Origin: Octopus vulgaris
Lineage: Eukaryota
DNA: 64,000 nucleotides
Assembly (NCBI GenBank): GCA_951406725.2
Contig: OX597818.1
Coordinates: 25,792,001-25,856,000, forward strand
Direction of reading: 5' to 3'
Each line of letters begins with the position of its first letter. Position 1 is the first letter of the stretch. Below are positions 27,425 to 41,432 of this stretch, piece by piece. The notes under the pieces are model-generated. The model was given only the letters and a program-made list of their open reading frames with translations, ran no database searches and was not told the origin of the DNA. The translations under genes and the position numbers were made by a program.

Positions 27425-27838
27425 ATAGGCGCAGGAGTGGCTGTGTGGTAAGTAGCTTGTTTACCAACCACATGGTTCCAGGTTCAGTCCCACTGTGTGG
27501 CACCTTGGGCAAATGTCTTCTACTATAGCCTCGGGCCGACCAAATCCTTGTGAGTGGATTTGGTAGACGGAAACTGAAAGAAGCCCGTTGTATATATGTA
27601 TATATATGTATGTATGTATGTGTGTGCGCGTGTCTGTGTTTGTCTCCCTAGCATTGCTTGACAACTGATGCTAATGTGTTTATGTCCCCGTTACTTAGCG
27701 GTTCGGCAAAAGAGACTGATAGAATAAGTACTGGGCTTACAAAGAATAAGTCTCGGGGTCGAGTTGCTCGATTAAAGGTGGTGCTCCAGCATGGCCACAA
27801 TCAAATGACTGAAACAAGTAAAAGAGAGAAAAGAGAGT
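27425..27838 (+). mobile_element. tRNA-derived CORE-like SINE inserted in Gypsy pol
   Basis: Near-identical to the 9254 copy. Confidence 0.9.
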
Positions 27839-28381
27839 AAGCTAAGAAATTCATGTAATACTTTTAATGAAGCAGGAGCGGGACACTGCACAGTTGCATT
27901 TACCTTTTCCATCCTAGGGCAAATTCCATTGCTATCAATGTTGTGGCCCAAAAAGGTCAATGAAGAAACATCAAAAAAACATTTATTAAGATTAATAACC
28001 ACTCCATAATGTGCAAATATAGTGAAGAGTTGCTTTAGATGACATGCATGTTCCAGTTTCAAAGAACTAGCAATCAATAAGTCAGCAATATAAGCAAAAA
28101 TGAAAATCAAATCATAATTAACTTCTTCTAAAAAAAAATAAATCGATGGAAGATGCTCACAGAATTCTGAAGTCCAAAAGGCATCCTAACAAATTCATAT
28201 AGTCCTAAAGGTGTGATAATAGTCATCTCATGAATACCATTCAGTTCAATGGGAATTTGATTATACAAATAAACTAAATCTATCTTCAAAAAACTGCAGC
28301 ACCAAGTAAAGAAGACAAAAAATCATGATTGTGAAGAACAGGATGTTTATCCAGCAAGATTTTAGCATTTAACATCTTATA

Positions 28382-29617
28382 CAGGGTCTTGCAGATAAAT
28401 TGAGACATTTCATATAATGCATAAAATTGATTATAAATACTAAAATAATGGTAATAGATGGATATAATTTTAATGTAACATTTATTACAACCAAAATATT
28501 TATCACTCAATATGGCTACCATTTTGGGAAATTACTGCCTTCGCATGAGAATAAAATGTATTTTGCAGCTGCCATAATCTCTGCCTTTTTGATTTTGCAT
28601 GTCACATGCACAATGCAGGTCTTCAAACTGTTGACACTCAAGTACACTCCATAAAAAGTAATTGGGAAGGTTAAGATATGGGCTATTACTGGGCCAGATG
28701 TTGGCCCTCACAAAGAAGGCCTGTGTTGCTTTTGACCCATGGCATAGTGCAGAATCCTCGATAAGCACAATATTGCCAAGCCCAAACTTCTGCTCTGTCT
28801 AAGGTAACAGAGAGTTCTTGAGAATGTCCAAATACTCCCTTGTGATGATCTTCAAGCCAGACTCAATGAAGTGTGGACCCATGACACTTTCATCACTCAC
28901 CACAGTTCCAAATACCATCACAGAGACAGAGTTCTTAGTCTCAAACACAGTGGGGGGGTATCAGAAAGGTTGTATGTGATCACTTGAGAATTTCTGTGAT
29001 TCACTTCAGCATCCACGGTGAACTTCTCGTCCACAAACAAGAGAGTTTTTCCTGCACCTTGATACTTAATGAATGGCAGAAACTTTGGACATCTCTCAGC
29101 TCTGATTGCTTTGGCCTTGGCTGTTAGGAGGTAATGGCATCGTTGAACATAGCTAGTCATGCCAAGGCTCCTGTTCGCAGCTCTGAATACTGTGGAAAGG
29201 GACACATTGCATTTCTTTGCAAAAGTTGTCATGGATGTGGATGGGTTGGCTTCAGTCAAGTATTTGAGGTCAGCAAAAACTTTGGATTGTGCTTAGAATC
29301 ACTTCAAATCTTGTATTCTTTTCTATCAATCTTTCCCTCTTCTTTAAATTGTTTATACACATGTTAAGCTGTTGCTTTTGGAAGTTTCATCAATTAAACA
29401 ATTTTATTGGCAGTGTGCCTGGCACATACCAAAACAACAATGGTGGAACAATTCTATTGTTCCATGACTTTCTGTTGTCAAATTAGTTCACTATTTACCT
29501 GAAATATAAAGAGGAAGATTAGGTTATCAAGCAAGCACAGTTTAAAAAAAAAAATGAAATGTTAAACCCACTAAGTCAACTGCTTAAAACTGGTCTCAAT
29601 TTATCTGCAAAATCCTG
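28382..29617 (-). mobile_element. Tc1/mariner (maT, DD37D-like) transposon, full-length but decayed
   Basis: TIRs cagggtcttgcagataaattgagac / gtctcaatttatctgcaaaatcctg, TA duplication at 28380-81 and 29618-19; HTH (CNVSLSTV), LFVDEKF, EDSALCH, WPSNSPYLN. Confidence 0.9.
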
Positions 29618-29757
29618 TAGACCACAGGGTGTACAGCAGCTGCTGTATGAGTTAGACTTCCATGTAGATTATCATTATCCAGTCAGCTTTCAGTATAGTG
29701 GTTAGCCAACCACTGTACTTAGAAGTGTTACTCTTTATGACATATAGAACACATGTA

Positions 29758-30075
29758 GTGGAAAATTAAGATAAACATGTATACATATTGAGTTTCTAAC
29801 TATGTCTCCCCATTGCAGTTACTTGAAACTCAGCATCATATGTTTAAAGTGCATTTGAATGCTTAACTGCAATGGATCATTATGGGGAAAATTTTATTGC
29901 ATTCTGTTATAAATGGTAAATATTAGATCTCTGCAACTGAATGCAATAAAGTGTTCCCCTGATGATCCAGTACAGTTAGACATCCAAATGCACTTGGAAC
30001 ATCCGATGTTGAGTTCCAAATAAGTGCAATAATGAAACATATATAGGAACTAAATATTTATCTTAATTTTCCACA
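29758..30075. repeat. Imperfect ~320-bp foldback palindrome (MITE-like)
   Basis: gtggaaaattaagataaa...tttattgcattc pairs with gaatgcaataaa...tttatcttaattttccac around a short spacer near 29910-29935. Confidence 0.7.
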
Positions 30076-30150
30076 TCAAAATTTTTCTGTTATTCAGAAA
30101 TTTTTGCCCTGTTCAATATTTACGTGTAAAAAAAAAAACCTTTCTACTTG

Positions 30151-30227
<77 letters not shown>

Positions 30228-30241
30228 TGTATGTATGTATG

Positions 30242-30300
<59 letters not shown>

Positions 30301-31239
30301 GTAAGTGTTCATGTGTTTGTATCTATGTATATCCATACATACATATTTAATTCTTGTATTTCCCTCATACTGTTTCATATCTCTTTATCTGCTTTTTATA
30401 GTTTTGCACTCTTTATAATTTTCCCATGTTTCCTCCTTTTGATTTTCTTACATCCCTCCCATATTTCCCCACTCATTCCATCCTTGTTTCATTATTATAT
30501 AAACTTTATCAATTACATCATTTCTATTCAATTATATAATCATTATTCAATTATGTTATCGCATGATTTTATTGCATCACAGCTGTATTATATCTGCAAT
30601 CCTATATTACAGATTTCTCCTGATTTTTATAGGAATTTTTACTATTTCCAACATCCTTACATTTCTAAATCCCTAACTCTACCTTTTCTTCAATGAATTA
30701 TTAATTCACACCTTTCATTAATTGCCCTAAGCCTTTAATGATCCTTCTATGTTTTATAATCTTTTACTAATTTTCTTATGATTTATTATGATTTTAAATC
30801 CATCATCACCTATGATTTGTTTTTATTTTGTTATTTATCTTCATCAACATTTCCACCATGAAACTACACCTGACATTCCTTTTATCTTCTTACCTAAAGT
30901 AACAAGCATTAGCTAGTCTGATTGCCTTCAAGTTTCATGGTTAATTTGTATTAATTTTTCTATTATTAATTACTAGATATTTTTGTAATTTGATAGTGAA
31001 TATTTATAATAGTTTTCTAGTTGTACAAGGTCTCTGTTTCCCTGTGTTTGAGATAGATTTAATTTTTTTACACAAGATCTTGGTAGTGCACTCAAAATAC
31101 AAGAATTCATTTTCTTAATTTTCTGGCTAGTCTTGCAAATTCACTTAGCATCTTATCAAGAATATTATGACAGTAAATTAATTCAGGGACAGCTAGAATA
31201 TTGATGCCCATTATTTAATTCTTCATATTTAGTTCTGTC

Positions 31240-31420
31240 ACAAATATTAATACAATCTAGGAATTTATAAAATAAATTATCTTTCTCATATCTCTTTCTC
31301 CAAAGATAAAAGTCAATCATGGAATGGTGTATCACACACTGGTGTTTGTTTCCATGTTTTAAAGATATCCAGGTACTTTCAATTTGTTGAGTGTGAATCC
31401 CATTTGTTATGAAAGCAAAC
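31240..31420 (-). mobile_element. Merlin (IS1016/ISXO2-like) transposase C-terminal fragment
   Basis: ORF 31183..31422: NGIHTQQIESTWISLK...FYLWRKR, matching the HTQxIES.W...YLxEFxWR motif. Confidence 0.7.
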
Positions 31421-32035
31421 AATTATAATAATAATAATGAAATTATTGTATACAGTGCTCAGGTGCACCACAACTTGTCAGAAAGTGCATATAAAGTACA
31501 TGCAGTAATGTAGAAATGTCTGGAAAGTGAACAGTGTATGGGTCAGATACATGCTTGTGTGTGTATGGAGGGGAGAAAATCAAGTGTAGTATTGGCGAAA
31601 CTCAGGAAGCATGGAAGTTTTGAAGGATGCAGTGCTCCGACAACTAACAACCGATGTCGGCAGTTTGTTCCATGCTTCAGCAACTCTCAGCGTGAAAAAA
31701 TGTTTCCTGAAGTCATGGGAGCTGTTCTGTTTTCTGACTTTGTAAATATGTCCACGGGTGTTAGATGGGTGGAGTTTGAAGAGGTGCTCAGAGTTATTGT
31801 TTGTGCGATGGTTGATAATTTTATGGGTGTCTGCCAAGTCAGCTGCCAGACGTCGGAGTTTCAATGTGTCCATGCCCAGGGAAGTAAAGCGTTCAGGATA
31901 TGGCAAATGCCTGATGGAGGATATTCTTTTGGTTGCACGTCGCTGAACAGCTTCCAGACAATTGATGTCCTGGGCAAGATAGGGGTTCCAACATGTGGTG
32001 GTTGCACTCCCTATGTGCATGTGCAGCATCTTTGG
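31421..32035 (-). mobile_element. CR1-clade LINE 3' end
   Basis: ORF 31580..32029: WNPYLAQDINCLEAVQRRATK, LKLRRL..DL, TRGH, FFTLRVAEAWNKLP; (ATT)n tail. Confidence 0.9.
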
Positions 32036-32049
32036 TTACTATGGAAACA

Positions 32050-35000
32050 GAGTTCTTCGCCACAGTGAAGAGTAAAATACTCATTTCTGATTGGCTAAAA
32101 TACCCAAATATTGGAAATTTCAAAGGCTAATAACTTTTTAGTTATGGATTTATAGGAAAAATGAATTTTATTTTCGTAATTAGTATACAAAACTTAATCC
32201 ATGTACTAAATTTGAAAATAACTGGAACAATTGTGATGAAAATCACAAGGGTCCCTGATGAAAACCACAAAAATCCCATGTTTTTATTTACATTTAGCGC
32301 TTTCTTCCATTACCAGTTTTATCAAAAAAAATGGTTTATAGTAAGTTTGCTTGGCCTTTTTATATAAAATTGAAAATGATGATGTTTTAGAGAGGGGAGG
32401 GGGAAGGAGAGCAACAAATTAGAAAAGAAGGTACAGGGGTGAGAGAGAAGGAGAGAGTGGGAGATAGTGAAGATAGAGAAGAGAAAAGAAAGGAGTGTTT
32501 TGGTGGTTTGCAGAGGAAGAGAAAAGAAAGAAGAAAAGGTTTGAGAGGGAGGGGACGGCCTGGCTTTTGTTTCAGTGTGGTCAAACTTGCTTGATTTAGT
32601 ATGTTGTTTTTTCTTTTTTTAGTAAACTTTTGGGTGGGGAAGGAAGGGAATTCTTTGTATTCAAGTGGTCAAGATTTTTAATTGGAAGGCCAGGTGTTGT
32701 TTTTGTTTTCTCCAGTAAGAAGTATAATTACATTTCAAGGTCTTCCTTTTTTAAATTCTTTTGTATTCATTAATGTAAGGGAGAGAGAATGGTTGCATGA
32801 ATGTGGTCTTTTTTTTTTTATTAAAATTCCAGATGTTGTCTTTGATTTAGCTGTGTATGGCTATGTTTTTGAAAGATTGATTTTAAAATAAGTATAGGTA
32901 TGATTTTAAATACAATCTGAAAAAGTATAAACGTAGGAAAGTGTTTCTCAATTATAAATATGATCTGGAAGTTTGGGTCACTCTTTGAGCAAGGGAAAGA
33001 TCTTGAATTTTCCTTCTCTACATATTTCCAAATGTTTGCTCAGTGGAATTTTCTGTAGCTCCTCTTGTCAGATTTGTTGTCTGTGGATTCTTGTGCATTG
33101 GCAAAGGGAATTATTGGTTTCACCAATATAATTTTCCTTACAATTTGGGCAATTAATGCAGTAGATGAAATTTTGTGTCTTGCAGTTCATATTTGCATTT
33201 ATGTTAAACGAGAATCCACTCTTAAATTTTATGTGTGTGTCCCCCATCTATATATTTGAAGTTATTGTTGTAGTTGCATATTCCACATCTGCTATCAACA
33301 CATTCTTTTACGGAGAATTCTGTTTCATTCTCTAATGTGAATTTGACTATATAATGTGGAAAATATTGGTTATTCCAAGGTTGTATGTATTAATAAATGG
33401 AATTGTATGTTTGTTACTTTTTCTTTTCGAGTCCTTAGTTGTGTGATGTCTAATTTCATTGCTTTTGAGATTCCATTATTTATCAGTTTCACGGCGTAAT
33501 TTTGTTATTGTAGGAAGTTTTTTAATTCATCAAGTCTAATTTGGCATATTTGTGGATCAATTACTATGGTGCAGATACATCTTGCCAAATTATATGAGAT
33601 GTTCCTTTTGATGTGTGAGGGGTGGTAAGAATAGAAATTCAAATATCAGTGTGTGTCTGTTTGTTTGTAAAATATGTCTGATTTAACAGTGGAGTTGTCT
33701 ATTTTGATGTGAATATCTAGGAATGGTAGTTCATTGTAGCTTTTTCTGTTGTGAGTTTGATAGATGGGTGCAGTGTGTTGAGGATGTTGTGAAATGTTGG
33801 TAGGTCTTCTTTTGATCCATCCCAAAAAATGAAATAGTCATCGAGGTACAGTTTCACGTTGCCTTCCTTGAAGTTGGGATCAAAGATTTTTCCTACTTCC
33901 TTGTAAAGATTCCCTTCTAGGTAACCAATGACTAGGTTGGCATATGAAGGGGCAAATTTTGTACCCTTAGCCAGGCCCTTTTTCTGTTGGTATATTTTAT
34001 TATCAAATCTGAAGGTGTTTTCTTCTAGTACTAGACGAGTGGCTTTGATAATGAAGTCTGTTTTGAAATGTTCATTTATACATCTACTGTGTCTCTTTAC
34101 CCAGTGTTTGACTGCCTCCAGGCCCAAGGTATGAGGTATGTTGGTATAGGGGTTAGTGATGTCAAAACTTGCAAGTATAGTACCTTCCGAGACAGTAGTT
34201 GGGATATGTTTGAGAAAGTCCATGTCATCCTGTATTTAGCTGGGTATCAATGGGCATAAGGGTTTGAGGAGTATGTCCAAGAGGTGACTCAGTTGTTGTA
34301 TTAGGGCTTGGGGCCCAGCAACTATCGCTCTTATTTCGAGGTCTGTGATTTTTAGGTATTGGCTCCTCTGTTCATTTATGGCCCTCTATATCTCAGCACT
34401 TTTGTGGATTTTGGGCAATCCATAGAAATTGCTCTCTTTGATTATGGATTGCATAAATAGTGTTTTTCCCTGTCTGTGAAGGAGTCCTGGTATTGGTTAA
34501 TTAATGTGATTTTATTCAGTGTTGCTTTTTCTGGGTGTCTTGGTTTTTCCTTATAGTATGTTTGACCTGTTAAAATTTCTAGTATTTTTTTTGTAGGCAC
34601 CGGCATGGCTGAATGGTAAGTAGCTTGCTTACCAACCACACAGTTCCAGGTTCATTCCCACCGCGTGGCACCTTGGGCAAGTGTCTTCTACTATAGCCTC
34701 AGGCTGACCAAATCCTTGTGAGTGGATTTGGTAGATTGAAAGTGAAAGAAGCCCATTGTATATATGTATGTATGTGTGTGTGTATGTTTGTGTGTGTGTA
34801 TGTTTGTGTGTCTGCGTTTGTCCCCCCAACATCGCTTGACAACTGATAGTAGTGTATTTACGTCCCCATAGCTTAACAGTTCAGCAAAAGAGACTGATAG
34901 AATAAGTACTAGGCTTCCAAAGAATAAGTTCTGGGGTCAATTTGTTCCACTAAAGGCAGTGTTCCAGCATGGCCACAGTCAAATGACTAAACAAGTAAAA

Positions 35001-35876
35001 GAGTAGTATGTGTCCATGATTACTATCACCCCACCCTTGTCGGCTTCCTTTAGGATGATTGAATTGTCATTCTTTAGGCTTTGTAATACTTCCTTTTTTC
35101 CTTCACGAAGGTTTTACCTGCATTTATGGGTATTGAGAGAGAATTTCAAGATTGTTTCTGTAAATGTATCTAGGTGTTTGTTGCTTCCCTTGTAAGAGGT
35201 GAAATGAGATTTTTTCTTAAGATTGATTCATCCTCTACTTTCTTATTGTCAAAGAATTCTATAAGGCAGAGGTGACAGTTGAAGTTCTTAGTATCAGTTT
35301 TTAGCTCTATGAGATTTGGAATGGGTGTTGGGGTAAATTTGAAATCTTTTAGTATGAGGCTCCTTTCATTTTTGTTGAGATTTCTATTTGATAAATTTAT
35401 AATTTTAGGGTCTATGTGTTTTGTGAGTTTATTAGGAACTTCTGTTGTATTGGGTCTGGAGCATTGTTGCAGTATTTTCTCCCTAAAAAAGGGATTGTGT
35501 TGTTACATCTCCAATTTCTATTTCTGGGGTTCAGGTTTCCTTGTCGGTGAGGGAACAGTTCATGTTGTCTGTGTGTATTTCTTTGTCCAGATTAATTGTC
35601 TTCTTCCTATCTTCTACATTTGTTGGACTGTGTGCGATTGGTGGTCATATATCATGGGTATCTTGAGTTTTCATTATGATGATTTTTTATATTATAGATT
35701 CTGTGTTATTTGTTCCTCACTTGTCTTTCTTCCTATGTGTTCATCCATCTAGATTGTTCCGTATTATGGGTTAATGCTTGTCTTTCTTCCCATGTGTTCC
35801 TCCATCCAGAATATTTGGTTGATGGTTGTTTTTTATATTCATTATCATCATCATCATCGTTTAGCATCCACTTTCC

Positions 35877-35912
<36 letters not shown>

Positions 35913-36610
35913 ACGTTTATTCATCATAGTATGAAGTTTTGGAACTGTAGAGTTCAGGTTTCTAATCTGTATTTGAGATGAGTTGGAGGTTGCCACTGCA
36001 TAAGTTTTTGGATGTCTGGGGGTCCAATATTCTTGTTTCAATCCTCTGGGGCGGTGTTTGTATTATTTTACAATTTTCCTGTATTTTTTGTCGTGGTGGT
36101 TTTGTTTTCATTATAGATTTTACTCCATAGTTTTTCCATAGTAAGTAAACCACTCCTGTAGTTTTTCCTACATTCTTATAGATCTTTCTTATTCCCATTT
36201 GGTTTCTTCTTTCCATAGTTGTTGCAGCTTTTCTTGATTTTGGTTGTCATTTCTTCCAGAGATTTCAGCAAATATGATTGCATCAATTGTTGTGACCTTC
36301 TCTTCCTGCTGTACTTTTCATGAAAAGTCATGCCTCCCCCTCCTTCGCAAACTCTTTTCTTCTTTCTTTTTCCTTCCTCTGCAAACTACCAAAACACTCC
36401 TACTTTCTTTTCTCTTTCTATCTTCACCATCTCCCACTCTTTCCTCCTCTCTCATCTTTGCATACTTCTTTCTAACTTGTTCCCCACCTCTCTCTCTCTA
36501 AAACATCGTCACTTTCAATTTTATATACAAAGGCCAAGCAAACTTACTATAAATCACATTTTTTGATAAATCTAATAACGGAAGAAAGCACTAAAAATAT
36601 AAATAAAAAT
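32050..36610 (-). mobile_element. Near full-length decayed Penelope-like element with inverted terminal pseudo-LTRs
   Basis: ORF 33717..34223: LASFDITNPYTNIP, YQQKKGLAKGTKFAPSYANL, YLDD; GIY-YIG near 33000-33200 (FIYCINCPNCKENYIGET). 32280-32555 is an imperfect reverse complement of 36330-36610. Confidence 0.88.
34594..35004 (+). mobile_element. tRNA-derived CORE-like SINE inserted in the PLE
   Basis: Homologous to the 9254 copy. Confidence 0.9.
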
Positions 36611-36714
36611 ATATATAATCATCCGACATTCTGACTACCTTATTAGTCTCTCTCTCTCCTTCCCCCTCTCTCCCCCTCTCTCTCCCTCTCCCTATCTCTC
36701 TCTATGTATGTATG

Positions 36715-36749
<35 letters not shown>

Positions 36750-36983
36750 TTATATATGAGGATAATATCGATATTTAAGTGTCGAAATTATCAAGTGGCC
36801 AGCATGAAAGAAATACCTTACAAAGGTAAAAAAATTTTTAACAATTAAAAATGAGGGTGTCTAAAAGACACCAACATGCCGAAATAGCAGTCGAAACACT
36901 GACTATAGTACCACGTTAAATGTTCATATCGCACCATGAGGTAAAGCGGAGGGACAAAACATACAAGCAAAAATTATTGAATA

Positions 36984-37043
36984 ATTCAAGATCCAAGGAT
37001 TTCTGGTTCTGCTTTAGATAAGCTTTACCGTCATCAATTGAAT
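36984..37043 (-). ncRNA. Type I hammerhead ribozyme motif (inverted copy)
   Basis: Reverse complement of 37217-37276. Confidence 0.7.
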
Positions 37044-37216
37044 ATATCAAGGGTACATAAATACAGATATATATATGCACAGCAAACGATATACTTACAT
37101 ATACGAGTACGTACATACATACATATGCACGTATGGACACAGCCATACGACGCTCGTATATGTAAGTATATCGTTTGCTGTGCATATATATATCTGTATT
37201 TATGTACCCTTGATAT

Positions 37217-37276
37217 ATTCAATTGATGACGGTAAAGCTTATCTAAAGCAGAACCAGAAATCCTTGGATCTTGAAT
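37217..37276 (+). ncRNA. Type I hammerhead ribozyme motif, unit 1
   Basis: attcaa-TTGATGA-cggt...acca-GAAA-tcc tt gga-TC-ttgaat; 6-bp helix I, short helix III, AUC cleavage triplet, C3U core variant. Confidence 0.72.
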
Positions 37277-37698
37277 TATTCAATAATTTTTGCTTGTATG
37301 TTTTGTCCCTCCGCTTTACCTCATGGTACGATATGAACATTTAACGTGGTACTATAGTCAGTGTTTCGACTGCTATTTCGGCATGTTGGTGTCTTTTAGA
37401 CACCCTCATTTTTAATTGTTAAAAATTTTTTTACCTTTGTAAGGTATTTCTTTCATGCTGGCCACTTGATAATTTCGACACTTAAATATCGATATTATCC
37501 TCATATATAAATTTATATAATTCGTTATTATATTCACTGCGGTGCTTATTTTAACCATATCGTACTTATGCGGTGATTTGGCGGGCGATTCAAACTGGCT
37601 GTGTCCATACGTGCATATGTATGTATGTACGACACTCGTATATGTAAGTATATCGTTTGCTGTGCATATATATATCTGTATTTATGTACCCTTGATAT

Positions 37699-37758
37699 AT
37701 TCAATTGATGACGGTAAAGCTTATCTAAAGCAGAACCAGAAATCCTTGGATCTTGAAT
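37699..37758 (+). ncRNA. Type I hammerhead ribozyme motif, unit 2
   Basis: Identical to unit 1, 482 bp downstream. Confidence 0.72.
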
Positions 37759-38180
37759 TATTCAATAATTTTTGCTTGTATGTTTTGTCCCTCCGCTTTA
37801 CCTCATGGTGCGATATGAACATTTAACGTGGTACTATAGTCAGTGTTTCGACTGCTATTTCGGCATGTTGGTGTCTTTTAGACACCCTCATTTTTAATTG
37901 TTAAAAATTTTTTTACCTTTGTAAGGTATTTCTTTCATGCTGGCCACTTGATAATTTCGACACTTAAATATCGATATTATCCTCATATATAAATTTATAT
38001 AATTCGTTATTATATTCACTGCAGTGCTTATTTTAACCATATCGTACTTATGCGGTGATTTGGCGGGCGATTCAAACTGGCTGTGTCCATACGTGCATAT
38101 GTATGTATGTACGACGCTCGTATATGTAAGTATATCGTTTGCTGTGCATATATATATCTGTATTTATGTACCCTTGATAT

Positions 38181-38238
38181 ATTCAATTGATGACAGTAAA
38201 GCTTATCTAAAGCAGAACCAGATCCTTGGATCTTGAAT
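38181..38238 (+). ncRNA. Hammerhead motif, unit 3 (likely dead)
   Basis: GAAA shortened to GA (acca-ga-tccttgga) and helix II cggt changed to cagt. Confidence 0.6.
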
Positions 38239-38369
38239 TATTCAATAATTTTTGCTTGTATGTTTTGTCCCTCCGCTTTACCTCATGGTGCGATATGAAC
38301 ATTTAACGTGGTACTATAGTCAGTGTTTCGACTGCTATTTCGGCATGTTGGTGTCTTTTAGACACCCTC

Positions 38370-38473
<104 letters not shown>

Positions 38474-38564
38474 ATATATATATATGTATATGTATGTATA
38501 AGTATGTACGCATGTATATGTGTGTGTGTGTGTGCGTGTGTGTATGTATATGTATATATATATT

Positions 38565-38902
38565 TTTTGCTTCAGTCATTAGACTGTGGCCATACTGAAG
38601 CACTGCCTTGAAGAATTTATACTCAAATTAATCAACCCTCTCTTACTGAAGTTAACAGAGATGTAAACACACCAACAATGGTTGTCAAACGGTGGTAGTG
38701 GGGGGCAGCATATGTATATATATATATATATATATATATGCATGACAAGCTTCTTTTAGTTTCTGTCTACCAAATACACTCACAAAGCTTTTGTTGGCCT
38801 GAGGGTATAGTAGAAAATATTTGCCTAAGGTGCCATGTAGTGAGACTGAACCTGGAACCATGTGGTTGTGAAGCCAGCTTCTTACCACACAGCCATGCCT
38901 GT
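38565..38902 (-). mobile_element. tRNA-derived CORE-like SINE, decayed
   Basis: Reverse-complement homology to the 9254 copy. Confidence 0.8.
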
Positions 38903-38903
38903 G

Positions 38904-39047
<144 letters not shown>

Positions 39048-39126
39048 GTGTGTGTGTGTATGTGTACGTATATATATATATATACACACGTGTGTGTGTA
39101 TGTGTACGTATGTATATCTATATGTA

Positions 39127-39215
<89 letters not shown>

Positions 39216-39679
39216 TAATAGAGGATGTTTTTTTACAGAAAAAATTTCATCAAAAATGTGGCAGCATATTAAAATACCTTTAAGGTTAAAATTATATACA
39301 CTTAAAAGAAGAAAAGAAAATGTAGATTAGGAAGTTAATAATTATCTACTATTAACAGCAAATTGGTCATCTTCACTTACAGCCGTTTCAATTAATACTT
39401 TATAAGCATTAAAGTTATATTAATGTCACATGAACACAATATCATCAAAAGAAGAAGATGTAGATTTGGATGCTATAAGTGAGCTTATGAATTCATTTTA
39501 GCACACACACACACACATATTCTGTGAGGAAACCATACCTGTCTCCAAGCAAAGTAATATTTCCCCTCAACCAGGCATATCTTTTCATGAAAGACTGGAA
39601 ATGACTGACAATGCTGAGGTTCATTTACAACTGTTTCACAGTATCAAGATAAGGAGATGCATGCATATGCGTGCACACA

Positions 39680-39710
<31 letters not shown>

Positions 39711-40446
39711 GCACATACACACACACATACACGCATACATACACATATATATAGAGAGAACAGGTTTCTTTTAATTTCCATCTATCAAATCCACTCATAA
39801 TGCTATGGTTGGATCCACACTTTAGTAAAAGATGCTTTCCTTCGGTGCCACATTGTAGGACTGAACTCAAAACTATGAGGTTGGGAAGCAAACTTTGTAA
39901 CTACACAGCCATATATAGAATATAATATATAATACACTATATATATATATCATGTGTGTGAATACGTGGCTGCATGTATGTATGTATGTATGTATGTATG
40001 TATGTATGTATGTATGTATGTGCATGTTTCTGTACATGATAATATGTATAATAAACATACATGCCATACAATTTAGTGATAAATTTGTTTTAGACTTAAT
40101 TAGAGGCAGTATGCATAACACTTGTTGAAATATGTGAAAATATATACAAATACACACTCTCATTTATGTGTGCATGTGTATTATATGCATTTGTACATGT
40201 ATATGTATATATGTGTGTGTGTATGTGTATATGTGTGCATGCATGAGTATGTGTGTATGTGTTCATGTATGTGAAAAGATAGATAGATAGATAGATAGAC
40301 ATAGACACACACACACACACACACATATATACATACAGTTGTGTGTGTGTGTATATATATGTGTGTGCATATGCACACATAATTTATATCTATATAAATA
40401 CATACATGTATATACATATATTAACCTACACACATATTTACAAAGA

Positions 40447-40486
<40 letters not shown>

Positions 40487-41201
40487 GATATTTTTATTGG
40501 CAACTATTTGACTAATATTCTTGGGCTTTAATTGAAACTGCAGCTAATTATGATTGAAACAACTGATTTTTTCCTCCCCCAAATAATAGGCTTGAGGAAG
40601 CAAGTGTTTAAATGATGCTGCTTAGTAATTTAGTCAATTATAGGCTGAACTATAGCTCTCCAGACCTAACTCATTACTCCAGGAATGTTTTATTAAAAAA
40701 AATGTTTACTCTTCACTGAGAAAGAAGAAAAATCTGATTGCTCATGATAAATTTTACTTTTAAAATTGTTTGAAAATAAAAAAGACAATGGAAGAAAGAA
40801 ATAATGGTAAAAACACAAAAAAACTATTGAGAACATTATTTTATTTCTTGAAACAATGACTTAGAATGAATCAATAAGTTGATTCTATTATGAAAGAATT
40901 ACACAATGTTATAAAATGTGTAAAACTACATGACCTAGCAGTCTGTTTTAAAATTATCAGATATTTCAACATCAAAAGTGGTAAATATGGATGTTGAGTC
41001 TATGGATATTTAGAAAAAGCAAACATTCAATTGGTTATACATTATTCCTATTTACATTGATTTTGCTCTTTGGCATTTGTATCCTCCCTTCCTAAGTCGT
41101 TGGATTAAAAAAATACTTTCTCTACAAATGAACCAAGTGTGCTTGGATTTCATTACCAAACCACTTTAACAGCTTGCTGATATACAATATATATAATATA
41201 T

Positions 41202-41432
41202 ATTTCTTTATTGCCCACAGGGGGCTAAACATAGAGGGGACAAACAAGGACAGACAAAGGGATTAAGTCGATTACATCGACCCCAGTGCATAACTGGTAC
41301 TTATTTAATCGACCACGAAAGGATGAAAGGCAAAGTCGACCTCAGTGGAATTTGAACTCAGAACGTAATGGCAGACAAAATACCGCTAAGCATTTCGCCT
41401 GACACGCTAACAATTCTGCCAGCTCACCACAT
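41202..41432 (-). mobile_element. tRNA-derived Deu/Nin-like SINE, full length
   Basis: Reverse complement of 62631-62853; gcctttcatcctttcg..gtcgattaaataagtaccag central domain. Confidence 0.88.

Larger units (their letters stand above)
26910..29720 (-). mobile_element. Ty3/Gypsy pol fragment (RT-RNase H), split by a SINE and a maT insertion
   Basis: PCG/YKMLNAK..DKHP..., IITPLGLYEFVRMPFGL, FAYIADLLIAS...INLNKCFF..LTFLGH, LHEFL/MNF, SLLVNASDIGI (RNase H). The motifs rejoin across both insertions. Confidence 0.8.

Noticed and set aside
36916-38236. Repeated 62-94 aa ORFs (MHSKRY.., MLILTIS..) in the 482-bp array
   Set aside because: No recognisable domain; they recur only because of the repeat. 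The structural RNA motif explains the unit better.
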